Positions 38,901 through 52,035 are shown, counted from the stretch's first letter. The stretch is DNA of 64,000 nucleotides from Utricularia gibba (GCA_002189035.1 NEEC01000008.1:248001-312000); one strand, 5' to 3'. Notes: generated by a model from the sequence alone, not told the origin. Made by a program: numbers and translations.

Positions 38901-40290
38901 TTGTTTGGCTTCATTAAATCAAAGGTTAAATGTATAATTTGACACATTTATGCCGTGAAAATCATACATTCCCCCATTTTTAGTGGTACATTTCCTGATT
39001 TGCTTTCATCCCTGTTGCACCTACGTCAATTGCAATTGGGAAAGGTGACGAACATCTCTGCGGTAGCATAGGTAAGCATTCATTATAACTACAATTCCAT
39101 AGTCGTCAATATTAAGTGATTTGGTTTACATTGGACATTCTAATTTTGTAAAAGTTGCTTGTGGGCAAGGTTGCAAAATGGGGTGGAAAACGATGTTCTT
39201 GAATCATAGTGGGTTCATGGCGTATGACGAACCTCAAAACTATCAAGGAATAGGTCTGGAAGCTCTGCATGATGCCAAGGGTTCCAATTTTTCAATGGAT
39301 ATGTTGCTAAATTTGTTAAGACCTTTTGGGTTTACGATTCCTAGTTGTATGCATTTTTGGGTGAAGTATATTGAATGGAGGAATACAATTTGGAAGGCTG
39401 TTTCTAATGAGGCTGATTGTGATATAGTTAGAAGAAAGTTAATGTGATGTGCTAGTATCTGTGTGGAGTATTTGAATCTTAATGTGATTGAAGGGGGTTT
39501 GAATAGTAGTTGTTATGAGTTTGAACAAGATAATGACACTAGTCTCTAGGATATACCTTTGGATGATAAGATTAATAAGGATAGTGATGAAATAGCTCTT
39601 GAAAATGACTATTACATGTTGTCTGATATAGAGCCTGAACATGAACAACTTTTGTGATCAAATGAGGAACAACAGAACAATGTAAGTGAGGAAGATGAAG
39701 ATGAGCTACAAGTTAATGATCCTAATTGTGTAACTTTAAATGATAAATTAGATATAAACATAGGTGATGATGATGAGAATATTCAAGAAAATAGCCACAA
39801 ACCAGTGTACAATCCTAAACATGGATTTAACTATGTAGAACTTAAGGAGGTACTTCATTTTTTTTGGAAAAGCACATGCTCAAAAAGCTATTATTAGGCA
39901 CGCAATTGAGAATGGGAAGGAGCTTCAATAAAAAAATGATTCAATTTGTTTGAGGGTATGTAACTTTAAGTTGCTTTATTTTTTTTTGTTGCATTGAATA
40001 AATTTTTTTTTCATTTAGACTAAGTGTTCAACACCAGATTGCAGTTGGGTGGTCTATGCTCATAAGTTCAAGGATGGTAATGGATGGGTAGATATGAAGA
40101 TGGTTAATCCCAGCCATGCATCTTACTGTGGGAAGGTGTTATCCAATGGTACGATCACTACTTCATAGTTGGCTCAAACATTCATGTATAGGTTCTATGA
40201 AAATCCAAACCTGGACATTCATAGTTTTAGGAATGAGGTAAACAGGAAATTGCAGGTGTGCATAAGTTACAACCAAGCACGAAAGGCTAG

Positions 40291-41701
40291 TGATAAACGG
40301 AAATTTTAGCATATTGTTGCAATAAAAGCAAACTTCTGTATCAAATACATTTATAAACTCTAATCTACACAAAATACAAATTTAGAAAACTTCTATAGTG
40401 GATGTCGGGGTCGATCACAAGGAGCTTGTGCTTGTCATGTATTTCAGTAGATGCAGAATTCAAAGTAATGGTGAGTATTAGTCTAAGCTCAGACCAATAG
40501 TGATGAACACGTTCGGTAAACAAGATCAGTAAACAATATCAGGTCTTAACGCTAAGGTAACAGATACTGGTTTTAACTCAAAATAATACTAACGTGCCTT
40601 AAGGATCTACAAGTGGTGTGGTGCCAAAATTCCTAATTTAATCTACTATGTTCCTACACTCACAACTTCAAACAACCTATACCCAGGTCATTCATCATTT
40701 TTTTGGCTAAGCTAGTCCTCCATATCATCACTAACCTTGTAATTAGGTCTACCTGCATGCAAATCATATAGAACTAGGTCTACCTGGTTCTACTGGTTCT
40801 ACCCTGGACTAACACCTACTGTGTCCGTCTTGATTTGTTGGTCTACCTCTAAACCAAGCTTCTTAGTAAACCAAACTTCTTAGTCGCGAAGTTACTTGTT
40901 TCCCTCCTTAGGTCTATCCATGTAATGATAGAAACAAGAACTAAGAAACAATGATGAATTTTACTAAGAATCCTAGATCCACACCACCATCCTTTACCTT
41001 AAGACATCCCTAGGGTTCTAGCTACTCATGCTTTGAAGGTAAAATGTAATGGCATTAACATAAAAAACGAAAATGTTAAGAACATTGTGCAGAAATTGGA
41101 CGCAAAAACTAAAAACATCAACAAGCTAAAATAAAGCAGTAAGGTTTCTGGATTCCGCCTGCCACTGTTCACAGGCCAGAACAGTGGCGCTGAACTGGGT
41201 CTTGATCTTCTTCCTTCAAGTTGGAGGTTCTTCTCCAGAAAAATCACCTTCTTCCTCCTTCTCCTTCAGTATTCTTCTATGTTTGTTTTGGGGGAGAAAC
41301 CCCCTCGTGTGTGTTCTGAAAGTTCTGGGGTGTGTCCCTTTTTTGCGACTCTCTCTCCTCATCATCTTTCTCTTGCCTCCCACTGCCCAAGGCAAGTACA
41401 TTCTCTGACAACTCTGCTGCTCTTGGCCCTGATTTTCAGACCGCCACTGTGATAGTGTACTCATTGCCCCCTTGCAGCCTGATGACTTGTACGAAATCCA
41501 GATTTTTCCTTGATTCTTGGGTTGCTGCTAGACTCCAAAATCGGGTTAGACATGGAGTGAGCTAAATCAGGATTTAGCGCACTAATCACACCAAAAATTA
41601 CATTTTCCTAAATTACATAAAAACATTTAAAAATATAAAATAAACATAATTAAAAATTTATGATTTTTCATATCCTAAACATGAAAATTTGTGTGTTATC
41701 A
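40291..41701 (-). mobile_element. Solo LTR 3 (same subfamily as solo LTR 2), 1411 bp
   Basis: Minus-strand ends TGATAACAC...GTTTATCA; TSD GCTAG at 40286-40290 and 41702-41706. Removing it restores the MULE frame QARKA|RQMV. Confidence 0.9.
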
Positions 41702-42835
41702 GCTAGGCAAATGGTTCATGGTCGTGTTAAAGCAATATATGAGGCGTAGTTTAACAAAATAATGGGTTATTATTGCCAGCAATTGGAAGCCACTAATCCA
41801 GGTTCGATAGTTAAACTAGATTTGGTTGATGATTCTGTTGACCTAGGCCACAAACGGTTCCGAAAGTTTTACATTTGCTTGAGTTCTTGAAAAAAAGGTT
41901 TTAGGCTTGGTTGTAGAAAAAGTTTTGGCGTAGATGGATGCTTTCTGATTGAAAATGTAGAGGGCGAGCTGCTTATCGCAGTGGTTCTTGATACAAATAA
42001 TGGAGTTTATCCAACAGCTGGTTTCTATCTATTTTAAAGGAGGATATCAATATTACGGATGACAACATGCAAGAGTATGTGATCATGTCCAATCGAGATA
42101 AAGGATTAGAGTATGCTACGATGACTATTTTTTCCAATATCCACGTTCTCATTTTCTACTTTGTTATGTTTTTTCATTTTCTGTCACATTTTAACGAATG
42201 GCCCCTTGATTCCAAGTAAGGCATTTTGATAGACACATGGTCCAAAATTTGAAAGATAATGGCTATGGGGCTATGGTGATTCAAAGCATTGTATGGATTG
42301 TTGCTCGCGCAGCAACTAAACAAGCATTCAACCTCCATTTTTCTGAACTTGAGAAGGTTAGTGAAGGTGCTTATGCTTATATACGTAATATACCATGGCA
42401 TTTTGGGTTAGGTGCACATTTTCATAGGGCACCACTTGTGATATATTACTAAAGCACATGGTTGAAACCTTCAACTCAATGATTTTGCCCGCAAGAAAGT
42501 TACCTTTGGTGCCAATGTTAGAGGGGATCAGAAAGAAACTCATGAAATGCTTTGCAAAAAATCTATATGCCTGCCTAACATGGAAGACTTCAATCTGTCC
42601 TCGAATACAAATTGTCCGATTGAGAATGAACGGGTGGTGAAGATTTGTACTGTGTGGATCTTGCAAAGAAAACATGCACCTGCTGCCGGTTTCAATTAAT
42701 AGATACTAATATTATAAGTATAGTATATGGTTTCTTTTTCTAATTTGTATTTTTCTAGGCATACTCTATGAACATGCACTAGTAGCACTGAAAGCAAAAA
42801 AAGAAGCCATCCACAATTTCATAAGTCTTCACTAT

Positions 42836-43348
42836 TGATGGGGTACAAATCGGGTATGGTTAGCCGATCTCTGAAAAGGTGCCAAAAGATGTTCTGATAG
42901 GATCGCGCCGGCCGACAAAACGATACAGATCAGAGACACAGTTTGGAAAGTGACCGAATTGCGATAATGCAGACGGCGATTCTCTGAGGAGCAGAATCAT
43001 GATATAGGCGCGAAAAGCAATCGACAACGCTAGAATTCAGGAGCCGTCAGTTCGTCCTCTTCTATAAATAACAAAAACCCTGAAGAGAAAGGGTTCGACC
43101 CTAAGCCTCCCAACCTGTACCTTTCTTCACCACCTCCGTCTAGTAAGGACTTTTTCCGGCAAGCTCCAACAACTCCGTGGTTTTTTCCATCTTACGACGG
43201 TTTCCACGTGAAAATCTTTGCCTGCCCTTATTTTTTTTGTTGATCAAATCGAACAAATCACAAAAAAGCATAACAAGGCGCGATATTTCCAGTCGCATTA
43301 TAACCCAAAAATCGGCCTCATCTCGAACGCTGATTTTTACCCTTAACA
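42836..43348 (+). mobile_element. Short solo LTR (Tat/Retand-like ends), 513 bp
   Basis: TGATGGGGTACAAATC...GATTTTTACCCTTAACA; TSD ACTAT at 42831-42835 and 43349-43353; internal CTATAAATA at about 43063. Removing it restores the MULE frame SLHY|SVNAYE. Confidence 0.85.
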
Positions 43349-44099
43349 ACTATAGTGTAAATGCTTATGAAATCTGCTAAGGCACACCTATCCCACCCCT
43401 ACCTGGCAACTTGGATTGACCATTATATGAGGGGGATTTCACTTTTCCACCATTGGTTCCTTTTATGTGAAATGGTAGACCGAAGTAAAGTTAGCATCGA
43501 AAAAAAGATGAACTGCACACAAGCATGAGTGACGATAGATGCTCCATTTGCATGGCCAAAGGGCACAACAAGAAGAACTATCCCCAAAAAGGCACTCACA
43601 TTGATTCACAGTGACAACGAGATGGCACCAAAAGGAAGAGGGGAAAGAAGAATACACTAAAAGGGTAAGCATTTGTTAAGGCTTATGTAGTAATGCCACT
43701 AGCTTTTAAAACTAATGCCAAGCAAATCTTTTATAATGCAAAGTTATCTTGTCTTTTTGTGCTATTGCCTTGTTAATGCATCAGCAATGTGCATTTTAAT
43801 GAAAGTCATTCTATTGAAAACTAACAAGCATGTTCTTTAAAACACATTACTTTTACAACATAAATAAATCACTTCAACATAATCTAATTTCTTCCAATGC
43901 TGAGCGATTTTTTTCAACCAATCCACCTTTTCCAAATGATGCTGTAGACCAACACGATACTAAAACAATTTTAGGAAATATTATGCATTTTACAAATCAT
44001 AAATAATTAAACTTTAAGAAATAATCACATTCAATCTCAAATATGCCAAGAAATTCCTATCTCCTCAACACGCATTTGTGCTTCACAGATTTTCTCCAC

Positions 44100-47000
44100 A
44101 AGATCCATGTTAGCCTCCTCTAATGCTTGGATCTTCAATTATAAACGCATGATTTGTCATCAGTTTTGAGAATCAACATGAACATCAATTTTAGCGTAAA
44201 AAGGCCTAACTTGCTGCACCACTTTAGAGGGAGTCGATGAATTATTTTTTACCCCATTAGATGACTCCAAGCATTAGGAACTCTAGAAAAAATATAATTC
44301 TCCAAGTCGGGTTTGTTAAAATGGCTGGATCAATCTTTTAAAGTCCATGGGTTTGTAACGGAGAGGATCAAAATAACGCAAGAATATGATAAAAAGGATT
44401 CAATTGATTCTACAGTAAAAAGAGGGACTAAATAAAATCCCTTCCCAATAATTGAGGATCAATTTGGTGATTTCTCCAATTTCCATAGGAATCTCATAAA
44501 CATGTTACAATCTTAATTTTCTTCTTCAATGATATTGTGAAATGATTTGTGTGAGAAACTCTGAAACACTTTATAATGCTAAACAATGCACTAACATTAA
44601 ATGGATATCCATCATCTTCACATAACCTCATAAATGTAATAATATTACTGATGGAAGTCACTGTTATGTAAGATAGTGGAAGATGCACCAAATGAAGTAC
44701 AAATTTTTGAAAAATGGCTGAATTTTTAAATGGATTATTTTAACCCATATTTAAAATATTTTGTGCTAACTACAAAAGCACGAAAGCCAATATGTTGTAG
44801 TGGTTCATCTATAATATGTTTATATCGTATTTGTCTAATATTAGAAATTTCTCGAGTACTAAGTATCTTTATCAGTTCTTATCTTCAAAAGTCATTTATC
44901 ATTATGAATCTTAGTGGAAGTAGGAAAATCAAAACATGTAGATAATATAAAAAATAAACAAATCTCCTTGAATTTTGTTGATAGAATTTGCAATCTTGTA
45001 GATTAAAAAAAATTTATCTCATGAAATCTTCACATACATTGGGAAGAAGAGAAAGGAGATTTTGATTAAGGACATTGGAAAAAACAGTGATAGAGAAGAA
45101 GCAGAATTAGAGTTTAGAATAAAAGTTGGTATATATTAAATTAGGAAAGGTATGTATTTAATATTTTGAAATATTTAATATTTTCAAAAAAAAATTAAAA
45201 AATTAATTATAGCTTATATTCAATAATGTAATTATGATATATTTTTGACAAGTAGGATCAATGTTAAACATTCGGGCATGCTTTCACACATGAAGTTACA
45301 ACTAAATGTGATACAAAATTATGATATGTAATTCAAAGTTTTGAGTACGTACCTAATGTGCATTGGAGCATGTGTCTTGACTAACCATCAATTAAAACCT
45401 TCCTTTGAATATGATCAACTACTTTTATTGATGTATGAGGAATTGATTTATCTCCATTTGAATATAGTTTGTGAGGTTGGTCTGCAAAAACATTATGTCG
45501 TCGAGTTGATCACGTGTCTTTATAGTTTATTAGAGAAGTAGTACTCACATTGAGCAAATATAATTATATTTGTTGTTATGCACCTAGAGTCAACAATACG
45601 TGTGTCAACAAGCATAAGGGTAAATGTCTTGTTTTCTTCAATATCCCATTCATGCCTTTAATTTGATTCGTTGTTAAGATGCTGGACTTACAGAGTATTC
45701 AATGCTGTAGATTGAATTTCACATTAATATGCAAATATTGGTGATTATACCTTGCTTGTCCATCATGTGCTAGAGTATATGTCTCAAATTGTAACTTATT
45801 TAGGTAATCTCTTCCTTCCGGATGTATTTTATAAATTTTTTCTATTTACAACTTCCATTTAGGTTTTGATGTGGCACACGTGGCTTTTGTAAATTGTTCA
45901 TGCATACGTGAAACTTTTCTATATTTTTTGAGGAAATTAGAACACAAATGACGTATAGAGAGGCAACGATTTGATATAATGCAATATGCTTTGTCCAGAT
46001 GTTAATCTAATAATTAAATAAACTAATGCCAAGAATCATCATTCTCACTATCAATAACCACATAGGCAAGAGGTAAAAAGATATCAAAAACATCTAATAT
46101 TACTGCAATTAGTAATTTGTGGAGAGTATCGTGAACACGTATTTGAATGTTTTTATTTCATATACATATGGCTATCTTTGTTGATATTCCACAATTGTAT
46201 GTGGATTTCTAAATTGTAGAGGTAGAAGGAGTAAAAATGACTCTCATGTCCTGTAAATAATTTTTTAGCATTTTGTCTTTTGTACTAAAGTCAACTTTGA
46301 GAAAAGATTTTGCACTCTACAATATATGATGGCATGATATTTTGATGATAAAGTGGTTTTGACTCAAGACTTCTACAAGTATGTGATTTTTTATTTATAG
46401 ATGTTTTTCACACTATATCACAAATGAAATATACATAATATATCATTTATTTGCATCCCCTTGTTCTTTCATCTTGTTCTTCAAAAATTATTTTCATCGA
46501 ATAAATATTAGAAATAGTCATTTTTTAAAAAATATTTTTAATTCATTTTCTTAATAAAAATACATTTATAAAATTTATTTTGTTTCAAACTTCATCCAAT
46601 AATAGTAGGTTGCTTCGTACCGTAAATTTGGGGATCTCTAGTATTGGGTCATCATCAAGGGCGGACCCGGGGGGAGAGGGGTGATGGAGGCCATCGTCCC
46701 CCAGAAAAAAAATTCATGTTATTTTTTAAAAAAAATTAGGAATTTGAACGATTATCATTGAGTTTTGCCCCTCTTTTCATGTTTCTCTCGCTCCTCTTTC
46801 ATGTTTCGCCCCCTTCCATAAAATCCTGGGTCCACCACTGGTCATGATACACATCCCCAATCACTTCAATAGCTCTCCAATGCAACATTATTGAGAAATT
46901 TTGGAGTATTAAACACACCTTTCCAATCACGTAACTTCGATATTGCTGATTTATCTTGATTTTTTATTATTATGACTACAATACCCTTTGCTCTATGTAA
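44100..47000 (-). mobile_element. Heavily decayed MULE transposase gene 2 (same lineage as the 57.7-60.5 kb transposase)
   Basis: Minus strand HKLLIAVILD..LPLAYVVIDSENDDSWH*F (about 46120-46022) and IISNRCLSI (about 45980) parallel HKMLIAVTV..LPLAFAIVDEETDASWLWF and LISDRCDSI in the younger element. SHTCRS..HQNIMPSYI (about 46385-46330) parallels PHTCKR..HRNINHDYI. Confidence 0.65.
46656..46840. mobile_element. hAT-family MITE, 185 bp
   Basis: TIRs CAAGGGCGGACCCGGG and (reverse complement) CAGTGGTGGACCCAGG; 8-bp TSD GTCATCAT (46648-46655) and GTCATGAT (46841-46848) with one mismatch. Confidence 0.8.
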
Positions 47001-47220
47001 TTGTCCTCCCATGTGTAGTTTCTAGTTCATTTGTAGTGATATACAATATGCACTTCTACTGATGTTTTTGAGAGAAAAATGAAATATTACTTGAGCTACG
47101 TATACAACAAAATATATGGTTTTTAATATGTATTTTGTTGATACTATGCATTTTTCAATTAATATAGTGGACATACTTCATGCAATATACGATATTCCAT
47201 ATGATTATTAATTTATTTTC

Positions 47221-48290
47221 TTATGATACCAAGTGGTTGGTCTACTTCGGGAGTGAGACCTCCTATTTAATACTTTAGAGGAATGGTAATCCTAGTTAAA
47301 GGATTTGAAAGTGATGTAAAATCTTCTTTGAATTTATTTTTAATTATTCATTTACATAAATCTTTTAGTGGGTGCACTTATGCCATTGGCGGTGCTTGTG
47401 ATATTTACATTCTTGCAATTTTGCATTGACGAAGGAATCAAATCTACTATAGTCGTTTCCTTTGTATTGTACAATTGAATTAATATCAGTTGGTACTTTC
47501 AATCTTACAATCACCAACCTTTACTCTCTATGGCATTCAAAGCATTTACCAATGTATATTAGTATATAACATTCCTATTATACCACCTTCATATGTCATA
47601 TCCGAGAGCTAATGAAATTAACACAAATCGTATATTTAACTTGCTACCTAATGATTAATATCATGATATAATGAGACATCTTCAAGGAAAGAACTATCAT
47701 TGGCAACAAATAAAAGAACCATCTACCACTCACGCGCTTCGGGATCTTCGAGGTGAAATTTATCTTTTCATCCATGCTCCTTGCCTTTTTATTTTTTACA
47801 AATAAATGACATGCAAGTTTACGGTGTATTCATGGGGTTCTAGAGTGGATTCGAACAGAGGTGGAAGCAAGAGGGGAACATCAAAGATAGAGAGTGCAAC
47901 GTCGACATATTGATGAAGAAGGTGAAAATGAGGAGATGGAGGAAGAGATGATGGCTTTTGAACAACACAAGATGGAAAGACTATGAAAAATGGTGTAGGA
48001 AAATGAAAGTGTTATTGAGGACCTCAAGAATACTAGACACGAGATTAATACTCTCTAGAACGAAGTGTATGAATTGAGAAAATAAGTGCAAGAGTTAAAG
48101 ATCACAAGTGAGGATTAGTAACACACCAAACAAAATGTTATAAAAGCAGCTAGATAATATTATATTAACCACCTTTTGAATGAAAAGGAAGAAGAATCTA
48201 TATATACAATACTATACTTAAAGGATTGAATTTGCCTCCTGAACACATTCCAAATGGAAGATGATTGTGATTTTTATTTTAGATGTGTTG
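47221..48290 (+). pseudogene. Putative decayed Transposase_28-like accessory gene divergent from MULE gene 2
   Basis: The relics IPSGW...RP...GMV..KGFESDVK.SLNLFL and GALMPLAVLVIFTFLQFCIDEGIKST..SWYF resemble the IP..RP/FExGLRLPL/QLxPN..F..LC..GI.PT pattern. They are followed by an acidic stretch (EEGENEEMEEEM) and a coiled-coil-like stretch. The match is weak, with many stops. Confidence 0.35.
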
Positions 48291-48513
48291 AATGAATATT
48301 TGGTTTATATGATAGACTTTTTGTTATTTTATTAATTAGAGATTGACCAAGTTTATTTCAAATTGGTAATTTTGCCATGAATAAAAAAAATTGTTATGTT
48401 AATAGAAGAAAATATTTTTAAGAGAACCCTTGGGTTGTTGATCTCTTTTTTATTGAATGAAAGCTGTATCACTCTCGAATTATGCATATTGTAGAAGAGT
48501 GATATAGTATGCA

Positions 48514-49545
48514 TGATAAACAAAAAATTTACAATGTCGTTAAAATTGCAAATTTTTTTATCAAATAAATTTATAAACATAATTCACACCCAATCATTCA
48601 ACAAATATGAGCATAGTGGACTAGAGTAGAACACAAAAAGCTATATGCTTGTTGTGCGAAAGTTGATACATATCGTTTTTGTCACGGTTGAAAAATTTAA
48701 TCTAAACTAGAACTAACAGTTTTATAATAATATGCTAAAAAGCAGAAAACGAGTAAAAGAAATTATATCTCTAAAATTAATCAAGGTGATGCCTTGGGAC
48801 TCTCAAAGGTTGCATACTTATCACTAAAATAACCTCATCAAAACTACAAATCATGCATCTAATAAGCAAAAGTCTAGATTTACCAAAACTCTTGTTTTTC
48901 TCTAATCTTTGGTCTACTTCTAATTAGAGTTGTTTAAGATGAGTGTCACTATCTTCTTCTCCTGGATCTATCCTACTTTGTTAAAGAAGTAGTATGATTT
49001 ATTGCTAACGAGATCAAAAGAATAATTTGCACACTATCCCCCTTCCCCCCTTTGGTCTCAAGGCACCCCTAGATGATTAGCTAATTATACTAAGAGAAAA
49101 TAAAACACTTTTATAACATAACATGAAAACTATCTTTGTTCCACAACTTAACAGCAAGAAGAGAGACAACAAAATCAGCAGTAACTCTAATTATAAACAG
49201 TTGTATGAAAAAAAACTAAAACTATTCTTAGTTAAGAATAATGTTTTTCATAAGTGAAAGAAGTTATCAAAAGAGGACTTGGTTCATGGTTTGTCTTCTT
49301 CATTTTTTCTTGTAAGTTTCTCCTAGATCTCCCTCTCAAAAGTCTGTGGCATGTTGTTCGAAGTCTTGGAAATATTTTCCCACTCTCATTATGTCTAAAA
49401 TCCATCTTTTTATCTTCTTGGATTTTGATGTACTTTCTTTCAACTTTTGTCCACTTCTTATGTAACTTCACTCTTCGCTTTCGTCTCCTTGGATTTGGGT
49501 TGCTAAAAACATGCTGCATTGTTCAAGAAAATGATTAGAATTAAA
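48514..49545 (-). mobile_element. 5'-truncated LTR 4 (same subfamily as solo LTR 1)
   Basis: Ends GTTTATCA on the minus strand at 48514. It shares CTAGTCCACTATGCTCATATTT and CAATGCAGCAT with solo LTR 1, but about 135 bp of the 5' end is missing. Confidence 0.75.
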
Positions 49546-49785
49546 GAGTGATATAGTATATATTTACAAATAACATTTTGCATGGGTACTACTTGTTATT
49601 GAAATGGTACCAAGAGTATGCTAGATGCTACTTATTATTAAAAACAATAATCAAGATATTCACATGTATTTTTTTTTAAAAAACTATTGTGTATTGATTA
49701 TACTATTAAGTAGTAGATAAGAAAATATTTGTAGGTTAAAAAATTGAGTTGAAAGGATTTAGTATGATAATTTTGAATAAATATT

Positions 49786-50284
49786 GAAAAAAATTATTTT
49801 TTAAGTCACAATGTTTGTATTATTTTCATTTTACAGTCTAATATTTTAATTTATTTAAAATGTAGTCAAAAAATTTACCAATAAATTCATTTTGTAACAT
49901 TCTATCCAAAAACTTTTCAGAATTAACTAAATATTGTATCGTTCACTCTCATTTCTTTTTTTATTAAATAATTATGCATTATTTTCAAATAAGTCATAAA
50001 AAAATTTTAAATTTCAAGTGAATTTTTACACTTGTAATATAATTTAGAAAATATAATTTAAAGTTTTTGTATGATTTATTTGAAAAAAATACACAATTAT
50101 TTAATCAAAAAAAGAAATGAGAGTGAATGATACAATGTTTAATTAGTTTTGACAAGTTTTTTTGGGTGAGGTGCCATAAAGTGAGTTCATTGTTAAATTT
50201 TTTGATGAATTTTTTACAAATTAAAATGTTTGATTGTAAAATACATATGTACCAAATATTATGACTTAAAAAATGATTTTTCTC
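49786..50284. mobile_element. AT-rich foldback element (long imperfect inverted repeat with arms of about 220-230 bp)
   Basis: ATTGTATCGTTCACTCTCATTTCTTTTTTTATTAAATAATT (about 49932-49973) pairs with AATTATTTAATCAAAAAAAGAAATGAGAGTGAATGATACAAT (about 50095-50137). The outer TTTTTTAAGTCAC pairs with ATGACTTAAAAAA. Confidence 0.8.
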
Positions 50285-50889
50285 ATAAATATTTATGTAA
50301 TTTTCTATTATTGATATGATAATATATTTAGAATAATTACAAAATATTTACAATGATATTTATGATGTTTTCATATTAAATTATATATATAATTTATTAG
50401 GTTTTTTAATATTATATATTTTGAATATAAATAATATTATATTCATCATTATTTCTTAAAATATTAATAAAATAATAATTATGAATATATATAGAAATGT
50501 AAAGATTAGAAAAGGAAATGTGCAATACACTTATTCTAGATTTTATACATTTATTTTAAATCAAAGTATCAAATATGACCATTTATTAAAATTTTTTAAA
50601 AGGATAGCCATTTATCAAATATAATGATAAAGAGATGATCATTAATCAAATAAATTCCTGAAACTTGTGAGCCATTCCTGAAATTACGCATTGGGTGCGC
50701 ACCAGATGGGTGTAAGGCATGTGATTTTTTTGTTGTATTTGATAAATTAACTTTATTTTACTTATAATTGTATTAATTTGTATAATATGTATATATTTTA
50801 AAATAATGCAACTTTAACACACCCTAAAAATCGGATTCATAAAATCAACTAATCTCGCACCTATACACCCTAAATCTAGCACCTCGTAC

Positions 50890-51918
50890 TAGAGGTGGGT
50901 TCGGTTACGAACCATATGATTTCGGTTCGGAACCGAACGATTCCAAAACCGCGGTTCACTGTAGACAACGGTTCCGGTTTCGGTTCGGAACCATACGGAC
51001 GAAACCTTGAACTGGAACCATATGGACGGTTTCGGTTCGAAAACAGAATCGAGATTCGCGAACCGAACCATAACCGAAACTGATCAGTTACTGTTTGTAG
51101 ATGTTTTCCAGGCACCCATATGAATCATTGTGGGTGATTGGTATTGAAATTTGTAATAATTATTTTTTTTATATTTAAATATTATCAAACAATATATTTA
51201 ATAATATTAATTTTTGTATTTAACTAGATAGATTATGTAATATACTATATTAATTTATAAAAAACTATAACTTAAATTATTTGATAAATTATCTCAATAA
51301 AATATAATTAAAATCAATATAATTTGTGACTTAAATAAATGAAATAAATAATTAAATTATTAGCATTTGAATATATATTTGATAAATAAATTTATAGTAT
51401 GCAAATAAATGAAATAAATTATTAAAGTGATAAAATTATCAGTAATTGAAAACATATACAATAAAATTACATTTTTTCAGATACCCACATTAGTTTGTGA
51501 GTGTTCGGGAAGAACATCTAAAAGACAGAGACCATTCCATGGCCACCCGCATTTACTCATGCCTCATGTAAGAGTGTCATGAGGGCGAATGAGATCATTT
51601 TTCAGGCACCCACATCTATCGTCAGTCTGTCTGGGAATGGGTGTTTCAGAAGATTTTCCAGGCACCCACTTACGTCGTATGTGTGTCTGAAATCATATAC
51701 ATTTATTTATTTTTTTTAATTTTTTTCTAATTTTTTAATTTTTTTATGTTTTTTTTAAATTTTTTTCGGTTCCGAACCGTGAACAGTACGGTTCATACAC
51801 GGGTCGGAACCGTCGGTTCCACGATTGCAAATTTGTCAAATCGAACCGAAACCGATACCGTACGGACATCCACCTCCTGGAACCGAGCAGAACCCGGTTC
51901 GAACCGAACCCAACTCTA
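50890..51918. mobile_element. Non-autonomous hAT element, 1029 bp
   Basis: TIRs TAGAGGTGGGTTCGGTT and (reverse complement) TAGAGTTGGGTTCGGTT; perfect 8-bp TSD CCTCGTAC at 50882-50889 and 51919-51926; dense subterminal AACCG/CGGTT repeats at both ends. Confidence 0.92.
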
Positions 51919-51995
51919 CCTCGTACCCATTATGGTGCAACCTGGCGTGTGAGGCTGCTGTATGATATCGAAGTAGCGCAGTTCAAGTGAATATC

Positions 51996-52035
51996 AGGCC
52001 CATGTCGCCCATGACCCACTTCCAATTTGGGCCCA
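51996..52035. promoter_or_regulatory. Site II (TGGGCY) cluster in the PPR proximal promoter
   Basis: AGGCCCA 51996-52002, GCCCA 52007-52011 and TGGGCCCA 52028-52035, about 150-190 bp upstream of the ATG. Confidence 0.5.

Larger units (their letters stand above)
39120..43700 (+). mobile_element. Decayed MuDR/MULE transposase gene 1, interrupted by two solo LTRs
   Basis: N-terminal FLNHSGFM..Y region; WVVYAHKFKDG (about 40045); TNPGS (about 41795); VDGCF (about 41930); ETFNSMILPARKLPLVPMLEGIRKKLM (42461-42545); SWIM relic GILYEHAL (about 42760); GRPK (about 43475). Confidence 0.82.
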
